From an uncultured Spirochaetota bacterium (GTDB lineage Bacteria; Spirochaetota; Spirochaetia; SZUA-6; Fen-1364), in assembly GCA_963781885.1 (NCBI GenBank), contig CAWAHW010000004.1, positions 320,001 through 384,000 on the forward strand: 64,000 nt of DNA, written 5' to 3'. Shown here piece by piece: positions 29,850 through 40,695 of this stretch. Both the position numbers and the translations under genes were made by a program. Position 1 is the stretch's first letter. Every line of letters starts with the position of its first letter. The notes under the pieces were generated by a model, which saw nothing but the letters and a program-made list of their open reading frames with translations, did no database searches and was not told the DNA's origin.

Positions 29850-31667
29850 CTACATGCCGTACAGCGGCCCGAGCGCCGCACAGGCACGGTAGTCGGCTGA
29901 TTCGGATTCGGCGTCGCCGAAGGAGGCCCAATACTTCGGGCGGAAGACCGTTTCCGCCGGGACATTGTGCATGGCAACAGGAATGCGGAGGATCGCGGCG
30001 AGCGCAAGGATGTCCGCGCCCACGTGGCCGTAGCTTATCGCGCCGTGATTGGCGCCCCAATTGTTCATCACCGAGTAGACGTCGCGGAAGGCCCCCGCGC
30101 CCGTCACCCGCGGGACGAACCACGTCGTGGGCCAGGAAGGATCGGTGCGATCCATCAGAGTGCGGCCGACGTCGGCGGGAAGCTCCACGGTGGCGCCTTC
30201 CGCGACCTGGAGCACCGGCCCGATGCCGGCGACCATGTTGAGGCGCGTCATGGTCATGGGCATGCCGCCACGGGTCTCGAACTCGCTGGAGTATCCGCCC
30301 CCCCGGAAGTACTCGACGCTCGCCGGGCAGAAATGCGTGGCCTCCAGGCATGCCGCGGCTTCCTGCGGCGTGATGTCCCAGTACTGCTTCATGACGGGCT
30401 TTCCGTCGCGCGACTGGCGGCCGGTGCCGTCCAGGGTCGTGGAGCCGGAATTGATGAGATGGATGAAGCCGGCCTCCCCGGGGCCCGTGAGCTTCCTGCC
30501 CGTCACCCGCTTCACGGCGTCCGGGCTCCAGTAGGTGCGCACATCGGAGAAGATCTGCGCCGTGCCGGTCAGGAGGTGGCCGAAGAGCATGGAGATGGCG
30601 TTGAGGTAGTCATTCTCCGTGGCGCAGACGTACGCCTCGCGGATCCCGTTCCAGTCGAAGGAGGTGTTCAGGATCGTCTCCATGAAATCCCCGTTGGGCA
30701 TGAAGTCGGTCCACTGCCGCTGGCCCTGGAAGCCGGACGCGATGGCGTTATGGCCCAGCGCCTCCTCCTCGAAGCCATGCGCGGCCAGGCGGGGGTTTCC
30801 CACCATGAGGTCCCTGCCGATGAGGACCATCTTCACCACGAACTCCCAGTCCGCGTCCTTCTGCGCGCGCGTCCTCTGGTTCTTCGCCGCGTTCCGGTCA
30901 GGGCCCTCCGCGCAGTTCTGCTTCACCCAGGCCAGTGCGCGGGTGTATTCCTCCGGGTCGTAGATCTTTTCCTGCACACGGCGCGAGAGCTCGGACATGT
31001 CCACCATCTCAAAGCGCATGCCCAGCCAGCTCTCCAGGAAACGCGGGTCGACGATGGACCCCGCGATGCCCATCGACATGCCGCCCATGGCGAGGTAGGA
31101 CTTGCCGCGCATCTCGGCCGCCGCGAGGCCCGCACGCGCGAACTGGAGGATCTTTGCCTGCACGTCGCGGGGCACGGCGGCATCGTCGCTGTCCTGCACG
31201 TCGCGCCCGTAGATGCCGAATGCGGGCAGGCCCTTCTGCGCGTAGGCGGCGAGCACCGATGCAAGGTACACGGCGCCCGGTCGCTCCGTCCCGTTGAAGC
31301 CCCAGACGGCCTTCGGCGTGAGGGGATCCATGTCCATGGTCTCCGCGCCGTAGCACCAGCACGGCGTCACGCTGAGGGAGACGCCGACGCCGCTGCGCGC
31401 GAACTTCTCCGCCGTGCGCGCGGATTCCGCCACGCCGCCGATGCACGTGTCGGCGATCACGCACTCCACCGGCAGGCCGCAGGGGTGACGAAGATTCTTC
31501 CCGATCAGGTCGGCCACGGCCCGGGCCATCGCCATGGTCTTTCCCTCCAGCGATTCGCGGATGCCGCGGCGCCGCCCGTCGATGACGGGACGGATCCCGA
31601 TCTTCGGAAGGCTGCCGGAGAGCCGATAGGCCGGGGGCAGGGTTCTCATGCCGGAGGTGTTCGCCAT
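29850..31667 (-). CDS. fucI: L-fucose isomerase
   Basis: [57 protein letters not shown]. Confidence 0.95.
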   Translation of the reverse strand: MANTSGMRTLPPAYRLSGSLPKIGIRPVIDGRRRGIRESLEGKTMAMARAVADLIGKNLRHPCGLPVECVIADTCIGGVAESARTAEKFARSGVGVSLSVTPCWCYGAETMDMDPLTPKAVWGFNGTERPGAVYLASVLAAYAQKGLPAFGIYGRDVQDSDDAAVPRDVQAKILQFARAGLAAAEMRGKSYLAMGGMSMGIAGSIVDPRFLESWLGMRFEMVDMSELSRRVQEKIYDPEEYTRALAWVKQNCAEGPDRNAAKNQRTRAQKDADWEFVVKMVLIGRDLMVGNPRLAAHGFEEEALGHNAIASGFQGQRQWTDFMPNGDFMETILNTSFDWNGIREAYVCATENDYLNAISMLFGHLLTGTAQIFSDVRTYWSPDAVKRVTGRKLTGPGEAGFIHLINSGSTTLDGTGRQSRDGKPVMKQYWDITPQEAAACLEATHFCPASVEYFRGGGYSSEFETRGGMPMTMTRLNMVAGIGPVLQVAEGATVELPADVGRTLMDRTDPSWPTTWFVPRVTGAGAFRDVYSVMNNWGANHGAISYGHVGADILALAAILRIPVAMHNVPAETVFRPKYWASFGDAESESADYRACAALGPLYGM

Positions 31668-31692
31668 GGTGTTCTCCTTTGCGGCGCGCAGA

Positions 31693-33381
31693 CTAGGCAA
31701 AAAGCTTCGACTTCAAGAATACCGCTTCGGCTTCCCTTGTCCAGTACTGGCCGTCGAGGAGATGCGGGGCGATCTCGGGCAGCTCGCGTGCGAGCTCCTT
31801 GATGGTCCGCAGGCCGATGCCGTGGGCGAACGGGAAGATGACCACCTTGCCGGTGAAGGTGTTGTCCATCAGCGCCTTCATGCCCTTGGCCGCGGAGCCC
31901 ATGTCGCCGACGGCGGCGAGGGAATATGACGTGGAAAGGCCGCCGGACTCCGTGAGCGCAAGTGTGTCGCGCATGGCGGAAAGGGGGGAGCCCGACGAGC
32001 CGACCACGCGCACGTGGCCGCGGACGATCGGTCCAAAAGGCAGGTCGGTGATGGTGCCGACCTTCACGCCGGCAAAGATGTTGAGAAGCCCATTGGGGGC
32101 CAGGTAATGCGACGCCTGCGTGATGATGGCGGAAACGGGGACGAGCACCACCGCGTCGTCGAAGCCGCCAGGATACTTCTCGGTGAGGAAGGTGTCGAGC
32201 TCCTCCGCGGGCAGGTCTTTCGGGTTCTGGAACGTGAGGTTCACCTTCCGCGCGTTTTTGCCGGCCACGATGGAGAGAAGATGCTTCAGCGAATCCAGGC
32301 GCTCGTCGGAAAGATCCGTGACAAGGATGTCCGTCGGGCCCGCCGGGTCCATGACCGCCTTGATGACGTGCATCTGCCCCATCGGGCCGGCGCCGCCCAC
32401 GAACCAGGCGCGACCGCCGGGCACGATCTTCTCCCGCGTGTTCGCGCGGTAGCTTTCCCCCACCTTGCCGGTGAGCGACCCCACCAGCTCCATCCGCTTG
32501 TAATGCACTTTGCCCACGTCCACCGGCAGGTCGACGTCGGGCTCGCTGGTGTGGATGCCGACGACAGAGTCCGGGTCGATGTCCTGCGACAACCGCGCGA
32601 AGGAATCGCGGTCCGGTGTGCCGGCAAGGACGGCGTCGCTCATGCCGGGCTGGCCGGGCGGAAGCGGCGGCACAAGCGAGACGCCGATGCGCGCCGCAAG
32701 CGCCTCCACCGCGCGCGCGTTGTCGGCGGTCAGTCCCGCGTGGGAGATGCGCGCGGGCCGCGCCGCCTCGAGCCCCGCGAGGTCAAGCGGCACCTGCCCG
32801 CGCGCAAAACCGGCGAAGTGCAGATGCCCGCCTTCCCGGACGCTCGTGCGCGCGCGGATCTGGTAGGAAGCGATGACGCACGTCCAGGGCTCGACGAGCG
32901 CCGCTTCCGCCTCGCCGGTCTCCTTGCGCACGGGCAGGAGGTAGCAGCCCTCATCGCCTTCAAGAATCTCGGTGCCGATGACGACGTACTGCGACAAACC
33001 GCCGGGGATCGCGTAGCCGAAGGCTATGCCTTTCCCCTTGTAGAACACGTCGGCCTGGATGATGAATCGGCTGCCGAGTGAAAATTTCCCCTTCCACTTG
33101 TCCCCGACGCCGACGATTGTCATCGCCACCTCGTGGCCGGGCACGGTCGGGGATTTCGCGAGGTTCCGCCCTTCGATGCGCGGATGCGTGTTGCCCGCGG
33201 AGATGAGCTTGATGTCGGAGAAGCACAGGCCGCAGGCGTCGATGCGGGCGATCAGGTCGTCTTCCGTGTAACGCGGGAACGGGACGGTGTCCGGGCGGCC
33301 CTTGCTGCCGAGGTTGTCCAGGCCAGAGCCCTTCAATTGCCAGGAGAGTATCTCCTTGGGAAGGTCTTCGAGAAGCTCCAT
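31693..33381 (-). CDS. Zinc-binding MDR dehydrogenase (L-sorbose-1-phosphate reductase SorE-like), extended 562 aa
   Basis: [26 protein letters not shown]. Confidence 0.8.
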   Translation of the reverse strand: MELLEDLPKEILSWQLKGSGLDNLGSKGRPDTVPFPRYTEDDLIARIDACGLCFSDIKLISAGNTHPRIEGRNLAKSPTVPGHEVAMTIVGVGDKWKGKFSLGSRFIIQADVFYKGKGIAFGYAIPGGLSQYVVIGTEILEGDEGCYLLPVRKETGEAEAALVEPWTCVIASYQIRARTSVREGGHLHFAGFARGQVPLDLAGLEAARPARISHAGLTADNARAVEALAARIGVSLVPPLPPGQPGMSDAVLAGTPDRDSFARLSQDIDPDSVVGIHTSEPDVDLPVDVGKVHYKRMELVGSLTGKVGESYRANTREKIVPGGRAWFVGGAGPMGQMHVIKAVMDPAGPTDILVTDLSDERLDSLKHLLSIVAGKNARKVNLTFQNPKDLPAEELDTFLTEKYPGGFDDAVVLVPVSAIITQASHYLAPNGLLNIFAGVKVGTITDLPFGPIVRGHVRVVGSSGSPLSAMRDTLALTESGGLSTSYSLAAVGDMGSAAKGMKALMDNTFTGKVVIFPFAHGIGLRTIKELARELPEIAPHLLDGQYWTREAEAVFLKSKLFA

Positions 33382-33593
33382 GCTGTGCTCCTTGTTGGCG
33401 AAACCCTGTGCCGCCGATCTTTCGGGGCCGTCAAGTTCGTCCTTATATCATTGTAACATGCGCAGAACGCGCAAGGCAATCTGGAATGCCGGCGTGCCGG
33501 CCTCGTAATGCGAGCCCTCGATCGACGTTACGCCGTCCGGCGATACCTCGGCCGTCTTGATGGGCATCGGCATTACGTGCTACGCTCGCGCGC

Positions 33594-34370
33594 ATGAAAA
33601 AGGAAAAGATTGCCGCCCAGCTCTACAGCGTCCGTGACTACTGCAACGACGCGCGCGAAATAGCGGAGACTTTGAAAAAGGTGCGCGCAATCGGCTATAA
33701 AGCAGTTCAGCTCAGCAGTCTCGGCCCTCTGCCTCCTCACGAGCTCGTGAAGGTCCTTGACGGCGAGGGTCTTACGTGCTGCTCGACCCATGAAGACTCG
33801 GAAGAGCTGCTCACGGACCCGGAATCCGTCATCGAGCGCCTGAACGTGCTCGGCTGCACGGCAACTGCCTATCCGTATCCTGGAAACCAGGATTTTTCCA
33901 CGATTGAAGGTGTGAAGAGGCTGGGCAAGGCTCTTTCCCGGACGGGAAAGCTCCTGAAAAAAGCGGGCATAGGCTTTTCCTACCATAACCACGGTCTGGA
34001 GCTGCACCGGATCAACGGCAAGACAGTGCTCGAATGGATCATGGCGGAAACGGATCCGGAATCGCTGGAAGCGGAGCTGGACACGTACTGGATCCAGGCC
34101 GGCGGCGGAGATCCGGTGGAATGGCTTTCCCGCGTGAAAGGCCGCGCCTCCCTCATTCACCTGAAGGATTACGGGGTCGACCACAAGGGCAAGGCGACAT
34201 TCGAAGAGATCGGCCAGGGCAACCTGTCGTGGGACAGGATCATCCCCGCCGCCAAGCGCGCCGGCTGCCGCTGGTACATCGTGGAGCAGGATTCCGACTG
34301 GGAAGGGGGCGACCCGTTCGAATCGCTCAAGATCAGCCTCGCGTATCTCAAGAAGACATTTGTCGATTGA
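33594..34370 (+). CDS. Sugar phosphate isomerase/epimerase (TIM barrel, IolE/AP-endo-2 family)
   Basis: AQLYSVRD, YHNH..E, ELDTYW, HLKD, YIVEQD. Confidence 0.9.
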   Translation: MKKEKIAAQLYSVRDYCNDAREIAETLKKVRAIGYKAVQLSSLGPLPPHELVKVLDGEGLTCCSTHEDSEELLTDPESVIERLNVLGCTATAYPYPGNQDFSTIEGVKRLGKALSRTGKLLKKAGIGFSYHNHGLELHRINGKTVLEWIMAETDPESLEAELDTYWIQAGGGDPVEWLSRVKGRASLIHLKDYGVDHKGKATFEEIGQGNLSWDRIIPAAKRAGCRWYIVEQDSDWEGGDPFESLKISLAYLKKTFVD

Positions 34371-34437
34371 TCCGCGCGTAGCGCGATGCACAAATCCGCG
34401 CGTAGCGCGGTGCACAAATCCGCGCGTAGCGCGGTGC
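34370..34437. repeat. 24-bp tandem repeat (~2.8 copies) of a palindromic unit
   Basis: ATCCGCGCGTAGCGCG(A/G)TGCACAA x2 plus a partial third copy; core CCGCGC-GTA-GCGCGG hairpin. Confidence 0.9.
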
Positions 34438-34484
34438 CATGACGACGCGCTGAAAGGGGGGCGGCCGATCCGCGCCGTGCCGTC

Positions 34485-35786
34485 GTGAAGCTCAAGGCCA
34501 CACCCGCCGATTTCGTGGTCCGGGAGGAATCCAGCCTCACCCTTTCATCCCGGCGCACGGACTACGCCGTCTTTCGGCTCCTGAAAAGCTCCTGGGACAC
34601 CTTCGATCTCATCGATCTCCTCGCGCGCCGCTGGGGCGTCCACGGGGAAGACATCGGCGTCGGCGGCGTGAAGGATCGCTACGGCAGCACCGAGCAGCTC
34701 ATCTCGGTCCGGGGTCTTTCCGGCACGCCCGCTTCCATGGAGGACAAGAACTTCAACCTCGCCTTTGCGGGATGGGCGGACGGCCCCCTCACGGCGCGCG
34801 ACATCCGCGGCAACAGTTTTGCCATCACGCTGCGCGACCTCTCCCCGCGCGAGGCGGAGATCGTCGCCGCCAATGCACCGACGGTGGCTCGCGACGGCAT
34901 TCCCAACTATTTCGACGAGCAGCGTTTCGGCTCGGCCCGGCACGGCGAAGGCTTCATGGGAAAGGAGATATTCCTCGGCCATCGTGAGAAGGCGTTGCGG
35001 CTCTACTTCACGCCGTCAAAGCACGACGACCAGAAGACGCGCAAGCTCAAGAGATGCATCATTGAGAACTGGGGCCGGTGGGAGAAATGCGCGGGCATGG
35101 GTTTCGGCGCGTACGGCAGGATACTCGCGTACCTCGCCTCCCACCGCAGCGCGTATCACCAGGCCCTGGAGATGATCGAAAAGAGATTCCTGGTATTCGT
35201 CCTGAACGCCTACCAATCCTACCTGTTCAACGAGATCCTCAGTCGATGGCTGGAGGGCTTCGCGGCCCGCAGCGGCTGCGCGCTCGACCCGCTGCGCTAT
35301 TCGCGCGGGGCCTTCCTGTTTCCACGCACGCTTCCCGACGGCGCGGCCGCAGCCCTCCGCGCGACACGGCTGCCGGTCCCCGGCTACGACACGGTGTGCG
35401 GTGACGCCGAGGTGCGGCGCATCCTCGATGCCGTGCTGGGCAACGAGGGCATCTCCCTTTCCGACCTGCGGGTGCGCCAGATGCGCCGCATTCACGTCGG
35501 CGGCGTGCCGCGGGCCGCGGCGATACTTCCCGAAGACATGACGGTGGCGCCGGCGGAGCAGGACGATCTGTACCCGGCGAGGCTCAAAGTCGGTCTGCGA
35601 TTTTTCCTTCCCCGCGGCTCCTATGCCACGCTCCTGGTCAAGAGACTGTGCCTGCCCGGCAGCGCGCTGACATTGCCGCAGTGCTCCCGCACGAAGCGCA
35701 GGGCGCGCTCGGTTCCCGTCCCCGCATCCGCGCCCGTTGGCGCGCACAGCTCGGAGAACATCTCCTCCGCGGCGCCGGCTCCGTAG
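34485..35786 (+). CDS. truD: tRNA pseudouridine(13) synthase
   Basis: K..P.DFVVRE, GGVKDR, GNSF.ITLR, PNYFDEQRFG, AYQSYLFN, F.LPRGSYAT. Confidence 0.92.
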   Translation: MKLKATPADFVVREESSLTLSSRRTDYAVFRLLKSSWDTFDLIDLLARRWGVHGEDIGVGGVKDRYGSTEQLISVRGLSGTPASMEDKNFNLAFAGWADGPLTARDIRGNSFAITLRDLSPREAEIVAANAPTVARDGIPNYFDEQRFGSARHGEGFMGKEIFLGHREKALRLYFTPSKHDDQKTRKLKRCIIENWGRWEKCAGMGFGAYGRILAYLASHRSAYHQALEMIEKRFLVFVLNAYQSYLFNEILSRWLEGFAARSGCALDPLRYSRGAFLFPRTLPDGAAAALRATRLPVPGYDTVCGDAEVRRILDAVLGNEGISLSDLRVRQMRRIHVGGVPRAAAILPEDMTVAPAEQDDLYPARLKVGLRFFLPRGSYATLLVKRLCLPGSALTLPQCSRTKRRARSVPVPASAPVGAHSSENISSAAPAP

Positions 35787-36487
35787 ACCCCTTCAATCAG
35801 GGCCACGTTCTGGAGGAGATTGAGGATGAGGATCTCGTTGTCGCGCGCGGTGGCGAGGAAGCGGCGGATCACCGAGGCCGTGCCCGCCAGGAGCGTTTCG
35901 CAGCGTTTCAACACCTGGCGCGCCATTTCGAGCGACTCCACCGCGAGCGTCGCGCTGATTTCCTCCAGCGCGCGCAGCTGCTCCAGGTCCCCCTTCTCTC
36001 CGTCGCCGGGTGCCGCTTCCTTCGCGCCGCCCCGGCCGAGAAGCTGGCTCATCTCGCTTTTCTCGTGCTCCAGCTCCGGCGCATAGCGTTCGAGCTGGTA
36101 GAGAGATTCCTGGAGGATCAGGAGCAGGTGGTAGCCGGTGCCGATGTAGGAGTCCAACGACAGCCGCTCGATGCTGTCCTTGCGCCCGGCCGCGATCTGG
36201 CGCTTTCCACGCCGGGCGCGCGGCTCGCCCGGGAGCGGGTCCGCACGGAAGAGGGTATGGGCCATCTCTTTCAGGTCGAAGGCGATGCTGCCGGTGAGCT
36301 CGCGCACCTTCTCGAAAAGCCCGCTCCCCGCCAGTGCCTCAGCCGTCCCATTCTCCCGCGCATGGAACTCTTCCGCGATACGGGCGAAAGCGGCGTGCAC
36401 ACGCAGGAATTTCACCACGAGAAAAGCAACCCGCTCCTTGTGACGGCGCGTCTCGAAACGATCGCGCGTGGCTTCCCGTGCGCTCAT
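35621..36487 (-). CDS. Hypothetical all-alpha protein coupled to carbamate kinase
   Basis: 288-aa ORF; ATGA overlap with the arcC stop; no family recognised. Confidence 0.7.
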   Translation of the reverse strand: MSAREATRDRFETRRHKERVAFLVVKFLRVHAAFARIAEEFHARENGTAEALAGSGLFEKVRELTGSIAFDLKEMAHTLFRADPLPGEPRARRGKRQIAAGRKDSIERLSLDSYIGTGYHLLLILQESLYQLERYAPELEHEKSEMSQLLGRGGAKEAAPGDGEKGDLEQLRALEEISATLAVESLEMARQVLKRCETLLAGTASVIRRFLATARDNEILILNLLQNVALIEGVYGAGAAEEMFSELCAPTGADAGTGTERALRFVREHCGNVSALPGRHSLLTRSVA

Positions 36488-37455
36488 GCGATCCTCCCGT
36501 CCCGCGTGATCCACGTTCCCGTCTCCCCGCGCAGCGCACGGCCGATGTTCCGCGGGTCCGTGATCAGCGCGGCGCTGCCCCCCGCCTCCAGGTACCAGAT
36601 GATGGCCTGCATTTTCGGCGCCATGGAGCCGCGCGCGAAATGCGTGCCCTCCGCGAGCAGCGCGCGCGCCTCGTCGAGACTCATGCGGTCCACCCAGCGC
36701 TGCGCGGGGGTGCCGTAGTTCACCGCGACCTTTTCCACCGCCGTGGCGATGAGGAAGAGGTCCGCCTTGATCTCGCGCGCGAGGAGGCTGCAGGCAAAGT
36801 CCTTGTCGATCACCGCGGCGACGCCGCGATATTCCCCCTCCCCCGTGTCGATCACGGGTATTCCTCCGCCGCCGACGGCGATCGCCTCGATGCCGTCGGC
36901 AAGCACGGCCTTGATGGAATCAAGCTCCACGATCTCCTTCGGCAGGGGTGAGGGGACGACACGACGCCAGCCGCGGCCCGCGTCCTCCACGACGGACCAG
37001 CCCATGTCCGTGCGCCGGCGCTCGGCCTCCGCCGCGTCCATGAAGCCGCCAATGGGCTTGGAGGGCGCGGCGAATGCCGGGTCGGCCTTGTCCACGAGCA
37101 CCTGCGTGACGATCGTCGCCACATTCTTGTGGATGCCGCGGTGGTACAGCTCGTTCTGCAGCGCCTGCTGCAGCTCGTAACCGATGGCGCCCTGCGTATC
37201 GGCGCCGCAGACGTCCAGCGGCACCTCGTGCATGCCTTCCGTGCGGTGGGCGATCTCCGATCGGCGCAGGACAAAGCCCACCTGGGGCCCGTTGCCGTGC
37301 CCGATGGCCAGATCCCACCCCGCCTCGATCATGTCGGCCAGGTGATGCGCCGTGTCGCGGAGCGCCTCCTCCTGGTCCTCCACCGTCTGGTGCCCGGGAT
37401 CGCGGATCAGGGAGTTTCCGCCGATGGCCACGACGGCGACCTTCTTTTCACTCAC
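36484..37455 (-). CDS. arcC: Carbamate kinase
   Basis: VAIGGNSL, HGNGPQVG, GWRRVVPSP, GGGGIPV, AVIDKD, GSMAPK. Confidence 0.95.
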   Translation of the reverse strand: MSEKKVAVVAIGGNSLIRDPGHQTVEDQEEALRDTAHHLADMIEAGWDLAIGHGNGPQVGFVLRRSEIAHRTEGMHEVPLDVCGADTQGAIGYELQQALQNELYHRGIHKNVATIVTQVLVDKADPAFAAPSKPIGGFMDAAEAERRRTDMGWSVVEDAGRGWRRVVPSPLPKEIVELDSIKAVLADGIEAIAVGGGGIPVIDTGEGEYRGVAAVIDKDFACSLLAREIKADLFLIATAVEKVAVNYGTPAQRWVDRMSLDEARALLAEGTHFARGSMAPKMQAIIWYLEAGGSAALITDPRNIGRALRGETGTWITRDGRIA

Positions 37456-37597
37456 GGCTGCACCTCTTCTCCGTCCGGCCCGCAGTATAACCCATGCCGG
37501 CGCGGGGCGCAAAAGCGGCGGCGGACGGCCCCCCCCATTCTTGAGCCAGGGAGCGCTTCCCCTTGACAGCCGCGGCCCGTTCTGATCGATTGGAAGA

Positions 37598-38677
37598 ATG
37601 CCAGAGACGTCGCCGGAGAGGAAGACGAACCACCTCCTCACGATCATCGTGATCTTCCTTGCGGGCGCTGCCCTGAAGCTCGCCGCGCCGGTCGTGATCG
37701 CGCTCCTCCTCACGATCCTCCTGGTCTACCTCATCGATCCCCTCGTCGTGCTCCTGCACGGCCGGCTGCGGATGCCGCTCATCCTCGCCGTGGCGATCTC
37801 CGTGGTCTTTTTCGCCGCTGTATTCGGCGGGCTTGGCGTCCTCATCTTCCTCGACCTTCCGCACTTCACCCGGACCTTTCCGCGCTTCCAGGAGGCCATA
37901 CTCGCCCGCGCGCAGGGCATCGTGGAAAGCCTGGAAAAAAGCCTTGGCGTGACCCTCGTCTTCGACCCGTTCGAGGAGCTGCGCTCGCTCCCCCTCCGTC
38001 CGCTCCTCATGAATCTCGGCCGGTCCAGCCTGCGCGTCATCTCCGAGTTCACGCTGATCTTCTTCCTCGCCATCATCCTCCTCGTCGGCAAGTACCGCGT
38101 CATCCGGACCGTTCTCACCGTCTTTCCCCGCCGCAGCAGCCTCGTGCCGCACCTGCTGAAGCACATCGACCGGCACATGCGGGCGTATCTCGGCATCAAG
38201 GCGCTGGCAAGCCTTGCCATCGGCATCGGGACGGCGCTCATCCTCCTTGCCTTCAGGGTGGAGTTCGCCGTTACGTGGGGTTTCCTCACCATCATCCTCA
38301 ACTTCATCCCCGCCCTCGGACCCATCACGGCGGTCTCCCTTCCCACGCTGATCGCCATCATCCAGTACCCGGGCTTCGTCGTTCCCGTCGCCATCGTCCT
38401 CATCCTCACGCTCCTCCACCTGACGATCACGAGCTTTCTCGAGCCCCGTTTCCTGGGGGAGCGCCTCGACCTCTCCTTCTTCGTGATCTTCATCGCCCTT
38501 TTCTTCTGGGGATGGATGTGGGGCCCGGCGGGCGTCGTGCTCGGGGTGCCGGTCACCGCGACGCTGAAGATCATCATGGAGAGGATTCCCTCCACCGCGC
38601 ACATCGCGATCCTTCTCGGAAAGACCCGACGGCGGAGACGGCGGCAGAAGCCCGAGACGGAGGAGCCCGCGGGATAG
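37598..38677 (+). CDS. AI-2E family transporter
   Basis: LNFIPALG, LEPRFLG..LDLS, FWGWMWG..G..LGVP. Confidence 0.9.
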   Translation: MPETSPERKTNHLLTIIVIFLAGAALKLAAPVVIALLLTILLVYLIDPLVVLLHGRLRMPLILAVAISVVFFAAVFGGLGVLIFLDLPHFTRTFPRFQEAILARAQGIVESLEKSLGVTLVFDPFEELRSLPLRPLLMNLGRSSLRVISEFTLIFFLAIILLVGKYRVIRTVLTVFPRRSSLVPHLLKHIDRHMRAYLGIKALASLAIGIGTALILLAFRVEFAVTWGFLTIILNFIPALGPITAVSLPTLIAIIQYPGFVVPVAIVLILTLLHLTITSFLEPRFLGERLDLSFFVIFIALFFWGWMWGPAGVVLGVPVTATLKIIMERIPSTAHIAILLGKTRRRRRRQKPETEEPAG

Positions 38678-38781
38678 AGCGCCCCGCGCTCGCGTTGACC
38701 AAAGCCGCGCGGCCTTCTACTATTGAAGCACGGCGGTTTGAAGGTACCGCGCGAGGGCCGCGTGCCCTGACGGAGGATGCA

Positions 38782-39427
38782 ATGCTGGTCAAGGAGCGCA
38801 TGACGCGCAACCCGCTTTCCATCACGCCGGATACCCGGTGTCTCGGAAGCGCAGGCAATGATGAAGAGGGAGAAGATCCACCACCTGCCGGTGCTCGACA
38901 AGGATGAAAAGCTCGTCGGCATCGTGACGGAGAAGGATCTCCTCTACGCGTCTCCCTCGGTGGCGACGACGCTCAGCGTCTACGAGATGACGTCGCTCCT
39001 GGCGAAGCTCCACGTCGACAAGGTGATGACCCGGAACGTCGTGACGATCACGGAGGACGTCCCCCTGGAGGAGGCGGCACGCATCATGGCGGACAGGCGC
39101 ATCGGCGGATTGCCCATCATGCGCGGCCCGACCCTCGTCGGCATGATCACGGAGAGCGACCTCTTCCGCATCTTCATCGAGCTGTTCGGCGCCCGGCAGA
39201 GGGGCGTGCGCATTTCCCTCACCATGCCCAATGAAACGGGGGAGCTTGCGAAGATCGCCGCGGTGGTTGCAGGGGCGGGCGGCAACATCATTGCGCTGGG
39301 AACGTTCCTCGGCGATGACCCGGGCAGCGGCCGTTGCACGCTCAAGGTGGACGGCGTGCCGAAGGAGAAGCTCGTGTCCGCGCTCGCCGCCGTGGTGCGA
39401 TCGGTCGATGATGTGAGGGAAGGGTAA
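38782..39427 (+). CDS. CBS-pair + ACT domain protein (AcuB-like); frameshift near 38835
   Basis: MLVKERMTRNP..., HHLPVLD...LVGIVTEKDL, GMITESDLF, C-terminal ACT domain. Confidence 0.88.
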
Positions 39428-39435
39428 GGGACCGG

Positions 39436-40649
39436 ATGGAACAGAGACGTCTCACGTTGTCCCTGCGGGGCGGGGAGGTCCCCTTCTCGCCGATCCGCAA
39501 GCTCACGCCTCTTGCCGACGACGCGAAAAAGCGCGGCATCCAGGTCCACCACCTGAACATCGGGCAGCCGGACATCCGCACCCCCCAGCCGGTGATCGAT
39601 GCCTACCGCACCTTTGACGCCGAGGTGCTCGCGTACAGCCCCTCGCTGGGCATCCCGTCGCTGCGCGAATCCATTGCCGGCTACCATCGCCGCTACGGTC
39701 AGCCCCTGGAGCCGCGGGACGTCGCGGTGACGGTGGGCGGGTCGGAGGCGATCTTCTTCGCCCTCTCCGCCGTCTGCGATCCCGGGGACGAGATACTCGT
39801 CCGCGAGCCGTTCTACGCCAACTACATCTCTTTCGCCGCCATGATCTCCGCGAAGGTCGTGCCCATCCCCTCCTCCATCGACAACGGCTACGCGCTGCCC
39901 TCCCGGGAGGAGATCGCGCGCTTCATCACGCCGCGCACGAAGGTGATCCTCTACATCTCCCCGGAGAACCCCACCGGCATCGTCTATGACCGGCAGGAGA
40001 TGGACAGCCTGCGCGATCTGTGCGAGCGCTACGGCCTGTACCTCATCTCTGACGAGGTCTACCGCGAGTTCATCTACGACAACCACGTCCGCTTCACGTC
40101 GGTGCTCGACCTGCCGGGCTTCGAGCAGCACGCCATCCTCGTGGATTCAGTGTCCAAACGCTTCTCCTCCTGCGGCGCGCGCATCGGCTGCATCGTGACG
40201 TACAACCACGGCGTGATGGACCTCGTGGACAAATTCGCGCAGGCACGCCTGTGCCCGCCCACCGTCGGACAGCTTGCCGCGGATGCCGCCTATCGCATGG
40301 ATCCGTCGTATTTCGCCCCCATCAAGGAAGAATACCGCAAGCGGCGCGATACGCTGGTGGACGGGCTGCGCAGAATCCCGGGAATCAAGTTCCACGTGCC
40401 GGAGGGCGCCTTCTACCTGATGGCGCGCCTGCCGGTGGACAATGCGGAGGATTTCTGCCGGTTCCTGCTTGCCGACTACTCCCTCGGGGGCAAAACCGTG
40501 ATGCTCACCCCGGGGCCGGCTTCTATTCCACGCCGGACAGGGGGCGCGACGAGGTGCGCATCGCCTATGTCCTGGAGTCGTCAAAGATCGTGGAGTCCGT
40601 TCATATCCTCGACCGCGCTCTTGCCGCGTACCCGGGGGCGAAAAAGTAG
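39436..40649 (+). CDS. PLP-dependent class I aminotransferase (AspC-like); frameshift in G-run near 40515
   Basis: LNIGQPD, PENPTG, SDEVYREF, DSVSKRFSSCGARIG; C-terminus GAGFY..EVRIAYV in a shifted frame. Confidence 0.9.
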
Positions 40650-40695
40650 CCTTTTGCCGGACCGACAGCGGCGAAGCATAACAACGGGAGGCGCA

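Noticed and set aside
34370-34437. Mini CRISPR array
   Set aside because: Units are directly adjacent with no unique spacers, and there are no cas genes.
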